55,644 nt of DNA, taken from NCBI GenBank assembly GCA_045223835.1, contig JBGUZS010000177.1, forward strand, positions 1 to 55,644. The letters run 5' to 3'. Under the pieces are notes generated by a model. That model was not told where the DNA came from and searched no databases. It saw nothing but the letters and a program-made list of their open reading frames with translations. Within the stretch, counting starts at the first letter, position 1. The number at the start of each line of letters is the position of its first letter. The stretch comes from Oscillospiraceae bacterium (GTDB lineage Bacteria; Bacillota; Clostridia; Oscillospirales; Oscillospiraceae). Of the stretch, positions 16,641 to 25,907 are shown piece by piece. Made by a program: the position numbers and the translations under genes.

Positions 16641-16716
16641 GCCCCAGTAGCTCAGTCGGCAGAGCACCTGCCTTTTAAGCAGGGTGTCCGGGGTTCGAAT
16701 CCCCGCTGGAGCACCA
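16641..16716 (+). tRNA. tRNA-Lys (anticodon UUU)
   Basis: Acceptor GCCCCAG/CTGGAGC (with a C3:A70 mismatch), anticodon stem CCTGC/GCAGG with loop CTTTTAA, T arm CGGGG-TTCGAAT-CCCCG, encoded CCA. Confidence 0.92.
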
Positions 16717-16721
16717 AAGCG

Positions 16722-16760
16722 AAAATCCTGTCGGCGCAGTCCGGCAGGATTTTGCTTTGT
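16722..16760 (+). terminator. Intrinsic terminator of the tRNA operon
   Basis: A 13-bp stem AAAATCCTGTCGG/CCGGCAGGATTTT with a 6-nt loop, followed by GCTTTGT. Confidence 0.8.
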
Positions 16761-16814
16761 ATTCTTCAGTTTTCAGTCTTCATTATTCATTGACAGCGAC
16801 AGGTCGGCCTTTCC

Positions 16815-17834
16815 TCAGGCTTCATAGGGTTTCCTCCGGGAGGCCCCGCCCTTCTGCAGCCACATGACGGTATCCCGCAGCGTGTTTTGCAGGGGCCGGG
16901 GGGCGTATCGGAATGCACGGGTCGCCCGGTCATGGTCAAATTCCCCGTTGGAGCTCAGCACGGCGATGGAATAGGGGGTAAAGATCAAGGGCTTCCCCCT
17001 TCTCAGACTGTACCGCTCATAGCGCGGCGCGATCAGCCTGGAGAGGGAGAGGGGCAGATACAGCACCTGTCTCTTTTTCCCCGCCGCCGTCTTTACGATG
17101 TTCAGGATTTCCCGGATCGTGGCGTAATGGCCGGACAGGATATATCCCTGGCCGGGCCGGCCGCTTTCCGCGCAGGCGAGGATGCCCCTTGCCACATCCC
17201 GCACATCGACGAAATCATATCCCCCCTCCACTGCGCAAGGGAGTTTGCCGGCCAAAAAGGACAGGAGCATCTGCGTGATGCTGCCCCCGGCAACATCGCC
17301 GGGACCGATGATGCCGGAGGGGAACACGATGCTGACGTTCAGCCCGTTTTCCGCCGCCTCCTTGACCAGGTTCGTCGCCATGGCCTTGCTCTTTCCGTAA
17401 TCCCCCTGCACCAGCTCCGGGGAGAGCTCCGGAGGCTCGGCGATGGCTGTCCCCTTGGGCTTCTCGGAAATGGCATGGACAGAGCTGACATAGATCAGCT
17501 TCCCCACATGGTGGGAAAAGCACTGCTTCAGGATGCTGCGTGTGCCCTCCACGTTCACCCGGTAAAGCAGCGCGTCCGGCTCCGAAGCAACGGAGACGAT
17601 GCCCGCGCAGTGGATCACGCAGGTCCCCTCGTCCGCCCCGGAGAAGAAGGCTTCCAGGGACGCCTCCTCGCAAACATCCCCTTCGACCGCGGCGGCGCAT
17701 CCCGGCAGCTCCCGGGCCAGGGGGTCGCCGTACAGGACCAGCGCCCGCACCTCCGCCCCGCGGCTCTCCAGCTCCGAGACCACGGCGCGGCCCAAAAACC
17801 CCGTCGCCCCGGTCACAAGATACTGACGGTACAT
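16815..17834 (-). CDS. NAD-dependent epimerase/dehydratase-family (extended SDR) protein
   Basis: Rossmann motif VTGATGFLG and catalytic YGKSK. The start is probably ATG 17834 (MYRQYLVTGATG); the track start at 17876 lacks an SD. Confidence 0.85.
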   Translation of the reverse strand: MYRQYLVTGATGFLGRAVVSELESRGAEVRALVLYGDPLARELPGCAAAVEGDVCEEASLEAFFSGADEGTCVIHCAGIVSVASEPDALLYRVNVEGTRSILKQCFSHHVGKLIYVSSVHAISEKPKGTAIAEPPELSPELVQGDYGKSKAMATNLVKEAAENGLNVSIVFPSGIIGPGDVAGGSITQMLLSFLAGKLPCAVEGGYDFVDVRDVARGILACAESGRPGQGYILSGHYATIREILNIVKTAAGKKRQVLYLPLSLSRLIAPRYERYSLRRGKPLIFTPYSIAVLSSNGEFDHDRATRAFRYAPRPLQNTLRDTVMWLQKGGASRRKPYEA

Positions 17835-18001
17835 CTCATCACCCGCTTTCCCATATGAATGTTGATTATCTTTCATCTGTATCGTATACTTTATCCGGGA
17901 GCCGGTTCAACCGTCAGTTTGGCCAGATCCGAAACATAACCGACATCCGGGAGAACCGTGTCGATTAACTTTGAAAACTTTTTGTGAAGGGGAGGAGCGG
18001 A

Positions 18002-18550
18002 ATGAAACGGACAGACGCCCGGGTAAGATATACCCAAAGGGTGCTCAAGGAAGCCCTGCTTTCGTTGCTGGGGGAAAAGCCCATCAACAAGATCACGGTC
18101 AAGGAGGTCTGCGCGCTGGCGGAGCTGAACCGGGCCACCTTTTACACCCATTACCGGGACTGCTTTGCCCTCCTGGAGAGCATCGAGAATGAGCTGGTGG
18201 AGGAATTCCGGCAATCGCTGGAGCGGGCGAACCCTTTCCACGTCTCCTCCCTCATAGAGGCCATTTACGGGATCGTGGAGAAGCATGACGCGGCCTGCCG
18301 CGTGCTGATCTTCGGGAAGGTGAGCCCCTCCGTCCTCCAGCGGATGATCGACGCGGCGCGGGACAAGAGCATGGAATACTGGAGAGAGGCGCTGCACAAT
18401 GCCTCGGAGGACGACCTTGCCATGCTGTACATCCATCTCTCCAACGGCCTGATGCATGTGGTCGTTGAAGGATATGAGCGCTTCAGCAGAAAAGCGGTGG
18501 TGGAATTCGTGGACCGCATCGTAAAAAGCAGCCTTACCCTGTTCCGGTAG
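18002..18550 (+). CDS. TetR/AcrR-family transcriptional regulator
   Basis: Start moved to ATG 18002 (GGGGAGGAG upstream). HTH TVKEVCALAELNRATFYTHYRD. Divergent from the SDR gene. Confidence 0.88.
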   Translation: MKRTDARVRYTQRVLKEALLSLLGEKPINKITVKEVCALAELNRATFYTHYRDCFALLESIENELVEEFRQSLERANPFHVSSLIEAIYGIVEKHDAACRVLIFGKVSPSVLQRMIDAARDKSMEYWREALHNASEDDLAMLYIHLSNGLMHVVVEGYERFSRKAVVEFVDRIVKSSLTLFR

Positions 18551-18590
18551 GGAGCCGAAGGCGGCCCGCGGACTTCATCCCGGCGGAAGC

Positions 18591-18623
18591 TTGACAGCCG
18601 GAGAATTATGTAGTACCATAATT
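18591..18623 (+). promoter_or_regulatory. Promoter plus palindromic operator upstream of the MarR gene
   Basis: TTGACA (18591-96), a 17-nt spacer, then TACCAT (18614-19). A 20-bp palindrome AATTATG-TAGTAC-CATAATT (18604-18623) covers the -10. Confidence 0.6.
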
Positions 18624-18726
18624 AGTAACCGGGGTTAGATAATGGCAGCCTGCCGAAGGACGCCTGTCTGACGCCGAATCATCACGAGGGAAGAGATCCG
18701 GGCTTTCCGCCCGGGCGAGGGATGCA

Positions 18727-19254
18727 ATGGAACTGGGAGAGATCGAGGATCGGATGATCCGGGCTTTCCGGCTGCTGCTGGAAAGCGAGGAGGGACGCCA
18801 CAGCGCGGCCATATCCAGGGGGGAGCTGTATCTGCTTTGGTATATCCACCGTAAGGCGGACGCGGTCCTCCCGGGAGAACTGAAAGAGGCCATGCGCGTC
18901 AGTACTGCGCGGATTGCCCATCTGCTGAACGCCCTGGAGGCTCGGGGGTATATCCGGAGAAGCATAGACCCAGCAGACCATCGCCGGGTCGTCATCCGGC
19001 TCACGGAAGCCGGAACTCATGATCTTGAGCAGGTCTGCAGCCGCATACACAGACGCCTGGCCGCCATTGCGGAAGCCCTGGGAGAAGAGGATACGGAGAA
19101 ATTCGTGTGTCTTGCCGAAAAGATCGCCTCCCTCTCGGCGGCGCTTTCCGCTGCGGAAAGGGAGGCGCATGATGAAAAAGCAAACCTCGGAAAAGCGGGT
19201 CCTGCGGAATCGGCGGGGAAAGCAGCTGTCCCTGTCCCTGCAGCGCTGCGATGA
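18727..19254 (+). CDS. MarR-family transcriptional regulator
   Basis: 175 aa. Winged HTH (ELKEAMRVSTARIAHLLNALEARGYIRRSIDPADHRRVVIRLTEAG). The low-complexity tail overlaps the next gene by 86 nt. Confidence 0.85.
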   Translation: MELGEIEDRMIRAFRLLLESEEGRHSAAISRGELYLLWYIHRKADAVLPGELKEAMRVSTARIAHLLNALEARGYIRRSIDPADHRRVVIRLTEAGTHDLEQVCSRIHRRLAAIAEALGEEDTEKFVCLAEKIASLSAALSAAEREAHDEKANLGKAGPAESAGKAAVPVPAALR

Positions 19255-19738
19255 GACCCATCTGAACCAGATCCTTGAGCTGCAGGAGCGCGTTTGCCGG
19301 GGCATGCCCCGGAAGGAGCTGTTTGTCAGCACCGGGGAGGAGGAGCTGCGGGAGTCCCTGGCCATGGATTACTGCCTGGGGGCGTTTGCGGGGGATCGGC
19401 TCGCCATGTTCACCCTGATGATCGTCAACCGGGAGACCCCCCGCAGCCTGGGTCATGCCCTGGGCTATGACTCGGAGCGGCTCAGGCGGACCGTGACCTT
19501 TGACAGCACCTTTGTCTCCCCGGAGCATCGGGGGTACGGCCTGCAGAGCCTGGCCCTTCCCCTGAAGGAGCGGGAGGCTGCGGCCATGGGCGCCCGGGAG
19601 GCCTTGGCCTCCGTTTCCCCGGAGAATACCCAGAGCCTGAATAATCTGCTGGCGGGAGGCTTCCGGATCCTGTCGCGGCAGGAGCTGTATGGAGGGGTGG
19701 ATCGGTATATCGTCGGAAAGACGCTGGGAAAGGAGTGA
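19169..19738 (+). CDS. GNAT N-acetyltransferase
   Basis: Start moved to ATG 19169 (MMKKQ...), with AAGGGAGG upstream. Acetyl-CoA motif VSPEHRGYGLQSLAL and a C-terminal NLLAGGFRI segment. Confidence 0.8.
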   Translation: MMKKQTSEKRVLRNRRGKQLSLSLQRCDETHLNQILELQERVCRGMPRKELFVSTGEEELRESLAMDYCLGAFAGDRLAMFTLMIVNRETPRSLGHALGYDSERLRRTVTFDSTFVSPEHRGYGLQSLALPLKEREAAAMGAREALASVSPENTQSLNNLLAGGFRILSRQELYGGVDRYIVGKTLGKE

Positions 19739-19742
19739 TACC

Positions 19743-20879
19743 ATGTCGGTACGCGGCACCCATCTGGTGGTGGACCTGCAGCGCATCACAGAGAATGCAA
19801 GGAAGGTCAAGGCGGTCTGCGAGGCGAGGGGGGTGGAGGTCCTGGGCGTGACCAAGGGGGTCAGCGCAGAGGAGCATATCGTCTCCGCCATCCTGGCCGG
19901 CGGGATCACCAAGCTCGCGGATGCGCGGCTGGAAAACGTGTTCAGACTGCGCAGAAGCGGGTTCCGGCAGCCGATCACCCTGCTCAGGATCCCCATGCTC
20001 AGCCAGGCGGAGCTGGTGACTTCGGCCTGCGACTGCAGCCTGAATTCGGAACCGGAGGTCCTCCGGGCGCTTTCCGACGCGGCCCTTTCCCTGGGCAGGC
20101 TCCACGAGGTGATCCTGATGATCGACGTGGGAGACCTGCGGGAGGGCGTCGCCCCGGAGGATGCGCCGGAGCTTCTGCGCCGCGCCCTGCCGCTGAAGGG
20201 CGTCCGGGTCGCCGGGATCGGGACGAACATGGGATGCTACGGCGGGATCCTGCCCACGGAGAAAAACCTGACTCTTCTCTGCCAGGTGGCCGGGGAATTG
20301 GAGCGGGTGGCGGGAGAGCCGCTGGACATCATCTCCGGCGGCGGGACCTCCTCCCTCATGCTCACTGCGGCGGGGCAGCTGCCCTCCGGAGTGAATCAGA
20401 TCCGGGTGGGGGAGGGGATCCTGCTGGGAACGGACTCCACCTTTTCCCGTAGCATTCCATGGCTGAACCAGGATACCTTTATCCTCCGGGCTGAGATCGT
20501 CGAGCTGAAACGGAAGCCCACGGTGCCCATCGGGGAGCGGGGAGCGGCGGTCTTTTCGGATGCGCCGGCGTTTGAGGACCAGGGGATACGCCGCAGAGCC
20601 ATTGTGGCCCTGGGGCAGCAGGACGTGCCCCCCAGCGGCGTCATCCCCGTCGACCCGGCGATCCGGGTGCTGGGGGCCAGCAGCGACCATATGATCCTGG
20701 ATATCGAGGACAGCGAGGAGAGCTACGCCCTGGGGGATATGGTGGATCTGCGCCTGAATTACCAGGGCCTGCTCATGGCCTGCTCCTCCGCTTATATCCC
20801 CCATGTTTATCTCTGCGGGGACGAAGAGCCGGAGGAACAGATCCTGACCCCCGAGGAAGCGGCGGAGATCCGGGAATGA
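19743..20879 (+). CDS. Alanine/ornithine-racemase-family PLP enzyme (YhfX/Orr-like)
   Basis: Start moved to ATG 19743 (AAAGGAG upstream, 4 nt after the GNAT stop). An N-terminal TIM-barrel with candidate PLP lysine in LGVTKGV, then a C-terminal beta domain. 378 aa. Confidence 0.78.
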   Translation: MSVRGTHLVVDLQRITENARKVKAVCEARGVEVLGVTKGVSAEEHIVSAILAGGITKLADARLENVFRLRRSGFRQPITLLRIPMLSQAELVTSACDCSLNSEPEVLRALSDAALSLGRLHEVILMIDVGDLREGVAPEDAPELLRRALPLKGVRVAGIGTNMGCYGGILPTEKNLTLLCQVAGELERVAGEPLDIISGGGTSSLMLTAAGQLPSGVNQIRVGEGILLGTDSTFSRSIPWLNQDTFILRAEIVELKRKPTVPIGERGAAVFSDAPAFEDQGIRRRAIVALGQQDVPPSGVIPVDPAIRVLGASSDHMILDIEDSEESYALGDMVDLRLNYQGLLMACSSAYIPHVYLCGDEEPEEQILTPEEAAEIRE

Positions 20880-20949
20880 ACGCCCGCCGGGGCGGTCGTT
20901 TCCGGGCTCGGAGGAAAGGAACGGAAATATGGGCTGAGCTCTGCGGAGC

Positions 20950-21002
20950 CGAAAACGGACACCCTGCCTGAACATCTATCCCGGATGAACGGCAGGGTGT
21001 CC
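20950..21002 (-). terminator. Probable terminator of the esterase gene
   Basis: 12-bp arms GGACACCCTGCC (20957-68) and GGCAGGGTGTCC (20991-21002) with a 22-nt loop. GTTTTCG follows on the minus strand. Confidence 0.45.
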
Positions 21003-21073
21003 GGTATCGGTAAAGAGGATCAGGCCGGGGAAAAACGATCCTGTCCTCCTCCGGCGGCTGTATTTCCTTCCTT

Positions 21074-21961
21074 TCAGTCCTTCCTGGGAGGCGGGGCGGG
21101 GAAATTCGGCGTTTCCACGCCGTTATCCTCCCGGAAGAGGAAGCGAAGACCGTCCTGGATGACCTTTCCCCAGGAGGTGCCCCAGTGGGATTCCCGGCTG
21201 TCCACGATCAGACAGAGCTGCCGGTTCGTGAGCTTCAGGGAGTTCTTCATGCGTCGGTAGAGGGGGATCAGGTAATCAAAGACCAGGACCTCGATGCCCT
21301 GATCCCCGGTGTACAGATAGAAGCGTGCGTTTTCCAGCTTTTTGGGATCATAGGCGTCGATCCTGGCCAGATAGTCCTCCGCCTCCAGGAGGCCCAGGCC
21401 GCAGGAAAGGTCCAGGGAACGCCCGAATACGTCGGGGTCCTTGAAGGTCATGTAGAGGGACTCCAGCCCGCCCATGGAAGCGCCGCCGACGGCGGTGTGA
21501 GCCGCGTCCGGCAGGGTCATGAGATTCGCGTCGATGATGGGCTTCAGCGTATCCCGGATGAAGTCGGCGTAGAAGCCGCCCAGAGGATTGACTTTCGGCG
21601 CGTCGGGCCGGCGGGGGCCGCCGAAATTCAGGTCGGGCTTCAGGGGCGGCAGCAGCTCGTTGCTCCGGTCGCCGGAGGTATCGATGGCCACGACCATGCA
21701 CTGCAGTTCCGGCTCCAGCTCGCTGATGCGCAGCTCGCAATCCCAGCTGCCCATGGCCGGGTTGGCCTTTTCGGGGAAGACCACCTGCCCGTCATGGAGA
21801 TACAGCACGGGGAAGCGCCGCACCCCGTCGTAGCCCTCCGGCGTCCAGACGCGGATGGTGCGCATGCGCCGATCCGGGATGGGGTCCATGGCGACTTGGA
21901 AGGTGACCAGCTTTCCCCTTTTCACCCATTCGGAATGATCTTCAAAGACGATTTGCATCAT
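21074..21961 (-). CDS. Esterase-family alpha/beta hydrolase (PF00756-like putative esterase)
   Basis: 295 aa. FPVLYLHDG, nucleophile elbow GGASMGG, and FYLYTGDQG. Confidence 0.82.
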   Translation of the reverse strand: MMQIVFEDHSEWVKRGKLVTFQVAMDPIPDRRMRTIRVWTPEGYDGVRRFPVLYLHDGQVVFPEKANPAMGSWDCELRISELEPELQCMVVAIDTSGDRSNELLPPLKPDLNFGGPRRPDAPKVNPLGGFYADFIRDTLKPIIDANLMTLPDAAHTAVGGASMGGLESLYMTFKDPDVFGRSLDLSCGLGLLEAEDYLARIDAYDPKKLENARFYLYTGDQGIEVLVFDYLIPLYRRMKNSLKLTNRQLCLIVDSRESHWGTSWGKVIQDGLRFLFREDNGVETPNFPAPPPRKD

Positions 21962-22170
21962 GTTCCTTCCTTTCTGATTCTATATATTATTTTGGTTTTT
22001 CTGCGTACTTGATCCCTTCAGCCCGGATTGTTTCTCAGACGGGCATCGAAGATCCTCCCACGAAAAGAAGATGATCCCATATTTCCATCATATCGTATTT
22101 TGTCGGGAAAGAACAGCCGGAACCGGCCTTTCCCGGCTCCGGCGCCGGGAGAGCAGGCGGCTGCTCCCGG

Positions 22171-22199
22171 TTGACAATACGGCTGCCATCCCATATAGT
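22171..22199 (+). promoter_or_regulatory. Sigma-A promoter ahead of a ~180-nt GC-rich leader
   Basis: TTGACA (22171-76), a 17-nt spacer, then TATAGT (22194-99). ATG lies at 22383. Confidence 0.65.
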
Positions 22200-22382
22200 T
22201 GAGTCGGCGACCAGACGCCGGAGCCTGCGGTCCGGGGACGGGAAGGGCTCCCGTCCGCCGAAGGACGGGGCAGGCGTCCGGAGAGACGGAAGGACTGGCG
22301 CATTGTATTCGCCCGGGACGGGAATTGACAGCGGCGCGGGAGAGAGTTCCGGCGCGGAGAACGCAGATAGGGGGGAAGAGAA

Positions 22383-22952
22383 ATGAAAAAAGTTGCGGTA
22401 ATCTGGTCCAGCCCCAATACGGACGGCTTGACCGCCTCGGCGAAGGACCAGTTCATCCGCGGCCTCACGGACGCGGGGGCCCAGGTGGAGGAGATCCATC
22501 TGAACGGCAGGAGGATCGAGCACTGCCGGGCCTGCGGCAACGGCTGGGGGATGTGCCTCCGGTCGGGCAGCTGCGTGATCCGGGATGATTTTGCGGAGAT
22601 TTACCGTACCCTCACGGAGGCGGACGGCATCGTCTGGATCAGCGCCGTGTACTGGTGGGAAATGACGGAGTGCTTCAAGGCGTTCTTCGACCGGCTTCGC
22701 CGGTGCGAGGGGATGAAGAACCGTCTGCTGGCGGAGAAGCGCTGCGTGCTCATCGCCTGCGCCGGCGGCACCGGGCGGGGCGTCGTGGAATGCCTCCAGC
22801 AGCTGGAGCGCGGTCTGACCCATATGGGCATGCGGGTGTACGACCGCATCCCGGTGGTGCGCTACAATAAGGACTATATGCTGCCCGCTCTGCGTCCGGC
22901 CGGTCAGACCTATGCCGACCGTCTGGAGAACGGGTTCGATATGTATTATTGA
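22383..22952 (+). CDS. Flavodoxin-like NAD(P)H-dependent FMN reductase with Cys cluster
   Basis: 189 aa. N-terminal MKKVAVIWSSPNTDGLT and Cys motif CRACGNGWGMCLRSGSC. SD GGGGGAAGAG. Confidence 0.8.
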   Translation: MKKVAVIWSSPNTDGLTASAKDQFIRGLTDAGAQVEEIHLNGRRIEHCRACGNGWGMCLRSGSCVIRDDFAEIYRTLTEADGIVWISAVYWWEMTECFKAFFDRLRRCEGMKNRLLAEKRCVLIACAGGTGRGVVECLQQLERGLTHMGMRVYDRIPVVRYNKDYMLPALRPAGQTYADRLENGFDMYY

Positions 22953-22966
22953 TCGAGGGCGGAAAA

Positions 22967-23380
22967 ATGAACGAATGTCTGCATACCGTGCGGTATTACG
23001 AGACCGACAAGATGGGGATCACCCACCATTCCAACTATATCCGCTGGATGGAGGAGGCCCGCATCGATTATCTGGAGCAGGTGGGCCTGCCCTATGATAA
23101 GCTGGAGGAGATGGGCGTATTCTCTCCCGTCGTGTCGTTGGAATGCCGGTATAAGTCGCCCACAACCTTTCCGGAGGCCGTGCGGATCGCCGTTTTCCCG
23201 GAGGGGTTCAACGGCGTCCGGCTGCGCTTCCGGTACGAAATGCGGCGGGGGGACCGGCTTGTGGCCGAGGCCCGCTCCGAGCACTGCTTCGTGGATGCGG
23301 CCGGTAAGCTCCTGCGCCTGAGGCGGGATCATCCCGAGCTGTATGAACGGCTTATGTCCCTGACGTCGTCAGGGGATTGA
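22967..23380 (+). CDS. Acyl-CoA thioesterase (YbgC/4HBT hotdog fold)
   Basis: Start moved to ATG 22967. VRYYETDKMGITHHSNYIRWMEEAR is the typical 4HBT N-terminal catalytic region. Confidence 0.85.
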   Translation: MNECLHTVRYYETDKMGITHHSNYIRWMEEARIDYLEQVGLPYDKLEEMGVFSPVVSLECRYKSPTTFPEAVRIAVFPEGFNGVRLRFRYEMRRGDRLVAEARSEHCFVDAAGKLLRLRRDHPELYERLMSLTSSGD

Positions 23381-23414
23381 TTCAAGGGAAAACAGAAAAA
23401 GGAGGAAAAAAGAA

Positions 23415-23927
23415 ATGAAGATCGTCGTGTTGAACGGCAGCCCCCGTCCGAAGGGGAATACCGCTGCCCTCATCGCCGCCTTCCGGGAGGGCGCGGAGAG
23501 CAAGGGCCACCAGGTTTCCGTCCTGCCGGTGGGGACCATGGCCATCGGAGGCTGCAAGGGCTGCGAATACTGCCATACGAAGGGCGGCGGGACCTGCGTC
23601 CAGAAGGACGATATGGAGAAGGTCTATCCCGCCCTGGCGGAGGCGGAGCTGGTGGTGCTGGCCTCGCCGGTGTACTATTTCGGCCTGACCGGCCAGCTGC
23701 AGTCCGCGGTCTCCCGCTTCTATGCGGTGGGCGCTCCGGCGGCCAGGAAATGGGCGCTGCTCCTGACCTCCGGCTCCCCCAATGTTTACGGCGCCATCGA
23801 GGCCCAGTACAAGGGCATCCTGAATTTCATCCAGGCGCAGGACCTGGGGATCCTGGAATACAACGGCAGCCAGGTGGGTACGCCGGCCGCCCTGGCGGAG
23901 GTCAAGGCCTTCGGCGCATCCCTGTAA
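23415..23927 (+). CDS. Iron-sulfur-flavoprotein-like NADPH-dependent FMN reductase
   Basis: 170 aa. MKIVVLNGSPRPKGNT, compact Cys motif CKGCEYCHTKGGGTC, and LASPVYYFG. Confidence 0.82.
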   Translation: MKIVVLNGSPRPKGNTAALIAAFREGAESKGHQVSVLPVGTMAIGGCKGCEYCHTKGGGTCVQKDDMEKVYPALAEAELVVLASPVYYFGLTGQLQSAVSRFYAVGAPAARKWALLLTSGSPNVYGAIEAQYKGILNFIQAQDLGILEYNGSQVGTPAALAEVKAFGASL

Positions 23928-24076
23928 GCCTGCGGAGCAGGCCACGGTGAACCCGAAGGCAGCGGCGGGCTTCACCGATATACGCAGACTCCGGGTCTTC
24001 CCGGAGAAGAAACTGAGGGAGTTTCATTCCCGGAAAACCGGGGAGGGCCGGACCCGGGAGCCGAAATAAGCCAAAC

Positions 24077-24112
24077 GGGGAAGCGCCGGTTGAAGAGGAC
24101 CGGCGCTTCCCC
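24077..24112. terminator. Perfect 14-bp hairpin between the flavoprotein operon and ggt
   Basis: GGGGAAGCGCCGGT, an 8-nt loop, then ACCGGCGCTTCCCC. There is no clear U-tract on the plus strand. Confidence 0.4.
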
Positions 24113-24156
24113 TCATCCGGCCGTCCAAACCTTTCCGGCGGACAGGAGGAAGAGAC

Positions 24157-25785
24157 ATGAAGAGCCCGTTTGATCCCCTGGCGCAGCGATATCCCTCCCA
24201 GCGGTACCCCATCTATGCCCGGGGCGGGATGGTGAATTGCTCCAGCCCCATGGCTTCCGCCGCAGGGCTTGCGGCGCTGAAAAAGGGTGGAAACGCCGTG
24301 GACGCCGCTGTGGCGGCGGCGGCCGCCCTCACGGTAACGGAACCGACAGCCAACGGCATTGGCGCTGATGCCTTCGCTCTGGTTTGGATCGAGAAGGAAA
24401 AGCGCCTGTTCGGTCTCAACAGCAGCGGTCCCGCCCCCATGCTGGCCGATGCGGAGCGGATCAGGGCGGAGGGCAGGGATCGGGAGGGGAAAATGCCCAC
24501 CCACGGCTGGACGCCCGTGACCGTTCCCGGCGCACCCAAGGCCTGGGCGGAGCTGGCCGGGCGCTTCGGCAGACTCTCCCTGGCGGAGGATCTGGCTCCT
24601 GCGGTCGCCTATGCCCGGGAGGGCTTTCCCTGCGCGCCTAATCTGGCCCAGACCTGGCGCGCAGCCCTGGAGAATTACCGGAGGAATCTGAAGGGGCCGG
24701 AGTTTGCCGCCTGGTTCAGGACCTTCGCTCCGGAGGGAAAGGCGCCGGAGGCGGGGGATATTCTCCGTCTGCCGCACCATGCAGACACCCTGGAGGAGAT
24801 CGGCAGGACCGGGGCGGAGAGCTTCTATCGGGGAGAGCTGGCGAAGCGGATCGACGTGGAGAGCAGGAAATACGGCGGCTGCCTCCGGTACGAGGACCTG
24901 GCCGCCTATGAAGCCCGGTGGGTGGAACCCCTCCGGCTGGATTACCGGGGATACCAGGTCTGCGAGATCCCCCCCAACGGGCAGGGGATCGTAGCCCTGA
25001 TGGCCCTGAATATCCTGAAGGAATTCTCTTTTTCGGAGAAGGATTCCCCGGAGACCTGTCACCGTCAGCTGGAGGCCGTCAAGATGGCCTTTGCGGACGC
25101 CTTCCGCTATGTGACGGATCCCCGGGAGAAGGAGATCGACTGCCGGCGCCTCCTGGATCCCGCCTACGGGGCGGAGCGGGCGCGGGAGATGACGGACCGG
25201 GCGCAGATCTGGACCCATGGGATCCCGCCCAAAAGCGGAACGGTATACCTCTGCTGCGCAGATGGAGAGGGGAACATGGTCTCCTATATCCAGTCCAATT
25301 ACAACGGCTTCGGCTCCGGCATCGTGGTGGACGGCACCGGGATCGCTCTCCAGAACCGGGGAGCGGATTTCTCTCTGGACCCCGGCCACGCCAATTTTCT
25401 CCGGCCCGGCAAGCGCACCTACCATACCATCATCCCAGGCTTCCTGATGAAGGACGGTCTGCCGGTGGGCCCCTTCGGCGTCATGGGCGGATATATGCAG
25501 CCCCAGGGACATGTGCAGGTGGTCATGAACTATGCGGATTTCCATCTGGATCCCCAGCAGGCTCTGGATGCGCCCCGGTGGCAGTGGATGCGGGACGGCC
25601 GCGTCACGGTGGAATCCCGCTTCGACCCAAGCCTGGCCAGGGCTCTGCAGCGGCGGGGCCATCAGCTCAGCTATGACCTGGAGACGGCCTCCTTCGGCCG
25701 GGGCCAGATGATCGTCCGCCTGTCCAACGGCGTGCTGGTGGGGGGGACAGAATCCCGTACTGACAGCAATATCGCCTGCTTCTGA
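24157..25785 (+). CDS. ggt: Gamma-glutamyltransferase-family Ntn hydrolase, no signal peptide
   Basis: 542 aa. GGNAVDAAVAAAAAL near the N-terminus, candidate autoprocessing Thr in KSGTVYL, and GGYMQPQGH near the C-terminus. Confidence 0.9.
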   Translation: MKSPFDPLAQRYPSQRYPIYARGGMVNCSSPMASAAGLAALKKGGNAVDAAVAAAAALTVTEPTANGIGADAFALVWIEKEKRLFGLNSSGPAPMLADAERIRAEGRDREGKMPTHGWTPVTVPGAPKAWAELAGRFGRLSLAEDLAPAVAYAREGFPCAPNLAQTWRAALENYRRNLKGPEFAAWFRTFAPEGKAPEAGDILRLPHHADTLEEIGRTGAESFYRGELAKRIDVESRKYGGCLRYEDLAAYEARWVEPLRLDYRGYQVCEIPPNGQGIVALMALNILKEFSFSEKDSPETCHRQLEAVKMAFADAFRYVTDPREKEIDCRRLLDPAYGAERAREMTDRAQIWTHGIPPKSGTVYLCCADGEGNMVSYIQSNYNGFGSGIVVDGTGIALQNRGADFSLDPGHANFLRPGKRTYHTIIPGFLMKDGLPVGPFGVMGGYMQPQGHVQVVMNYADFHLDPQQALDAPRWQWMRDGRVTVESRFDPSLARALQRRGHQLSYDLETASFGRGQMIVRLSNGVLVGGTESRTDSNIACF

Positions 25786-25907
25786 ACGGGAGGAAGGATG
25801 CCGCCGGTATGCCATATCCCCGATCATAGCTTTTGACCGCAAATATTGTGCGCCGCTTCCGGATATGCTATAGTTGTATCCGGAACAAAAATGATGGAGC
25901 TGAAGCA

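Noticed and set aside
22200-22382. Assigning the flavodoxin leader to FMN, glycine, guanidine-I (ykkC), ZTP or cobalamin riboswitch classes
   Set aside because: Only isolated 7-9-nt word matches were found. The order and spacing of conserved elements do not fit any class I can reconstruct from memory. It is kept only as an unassigned leader.
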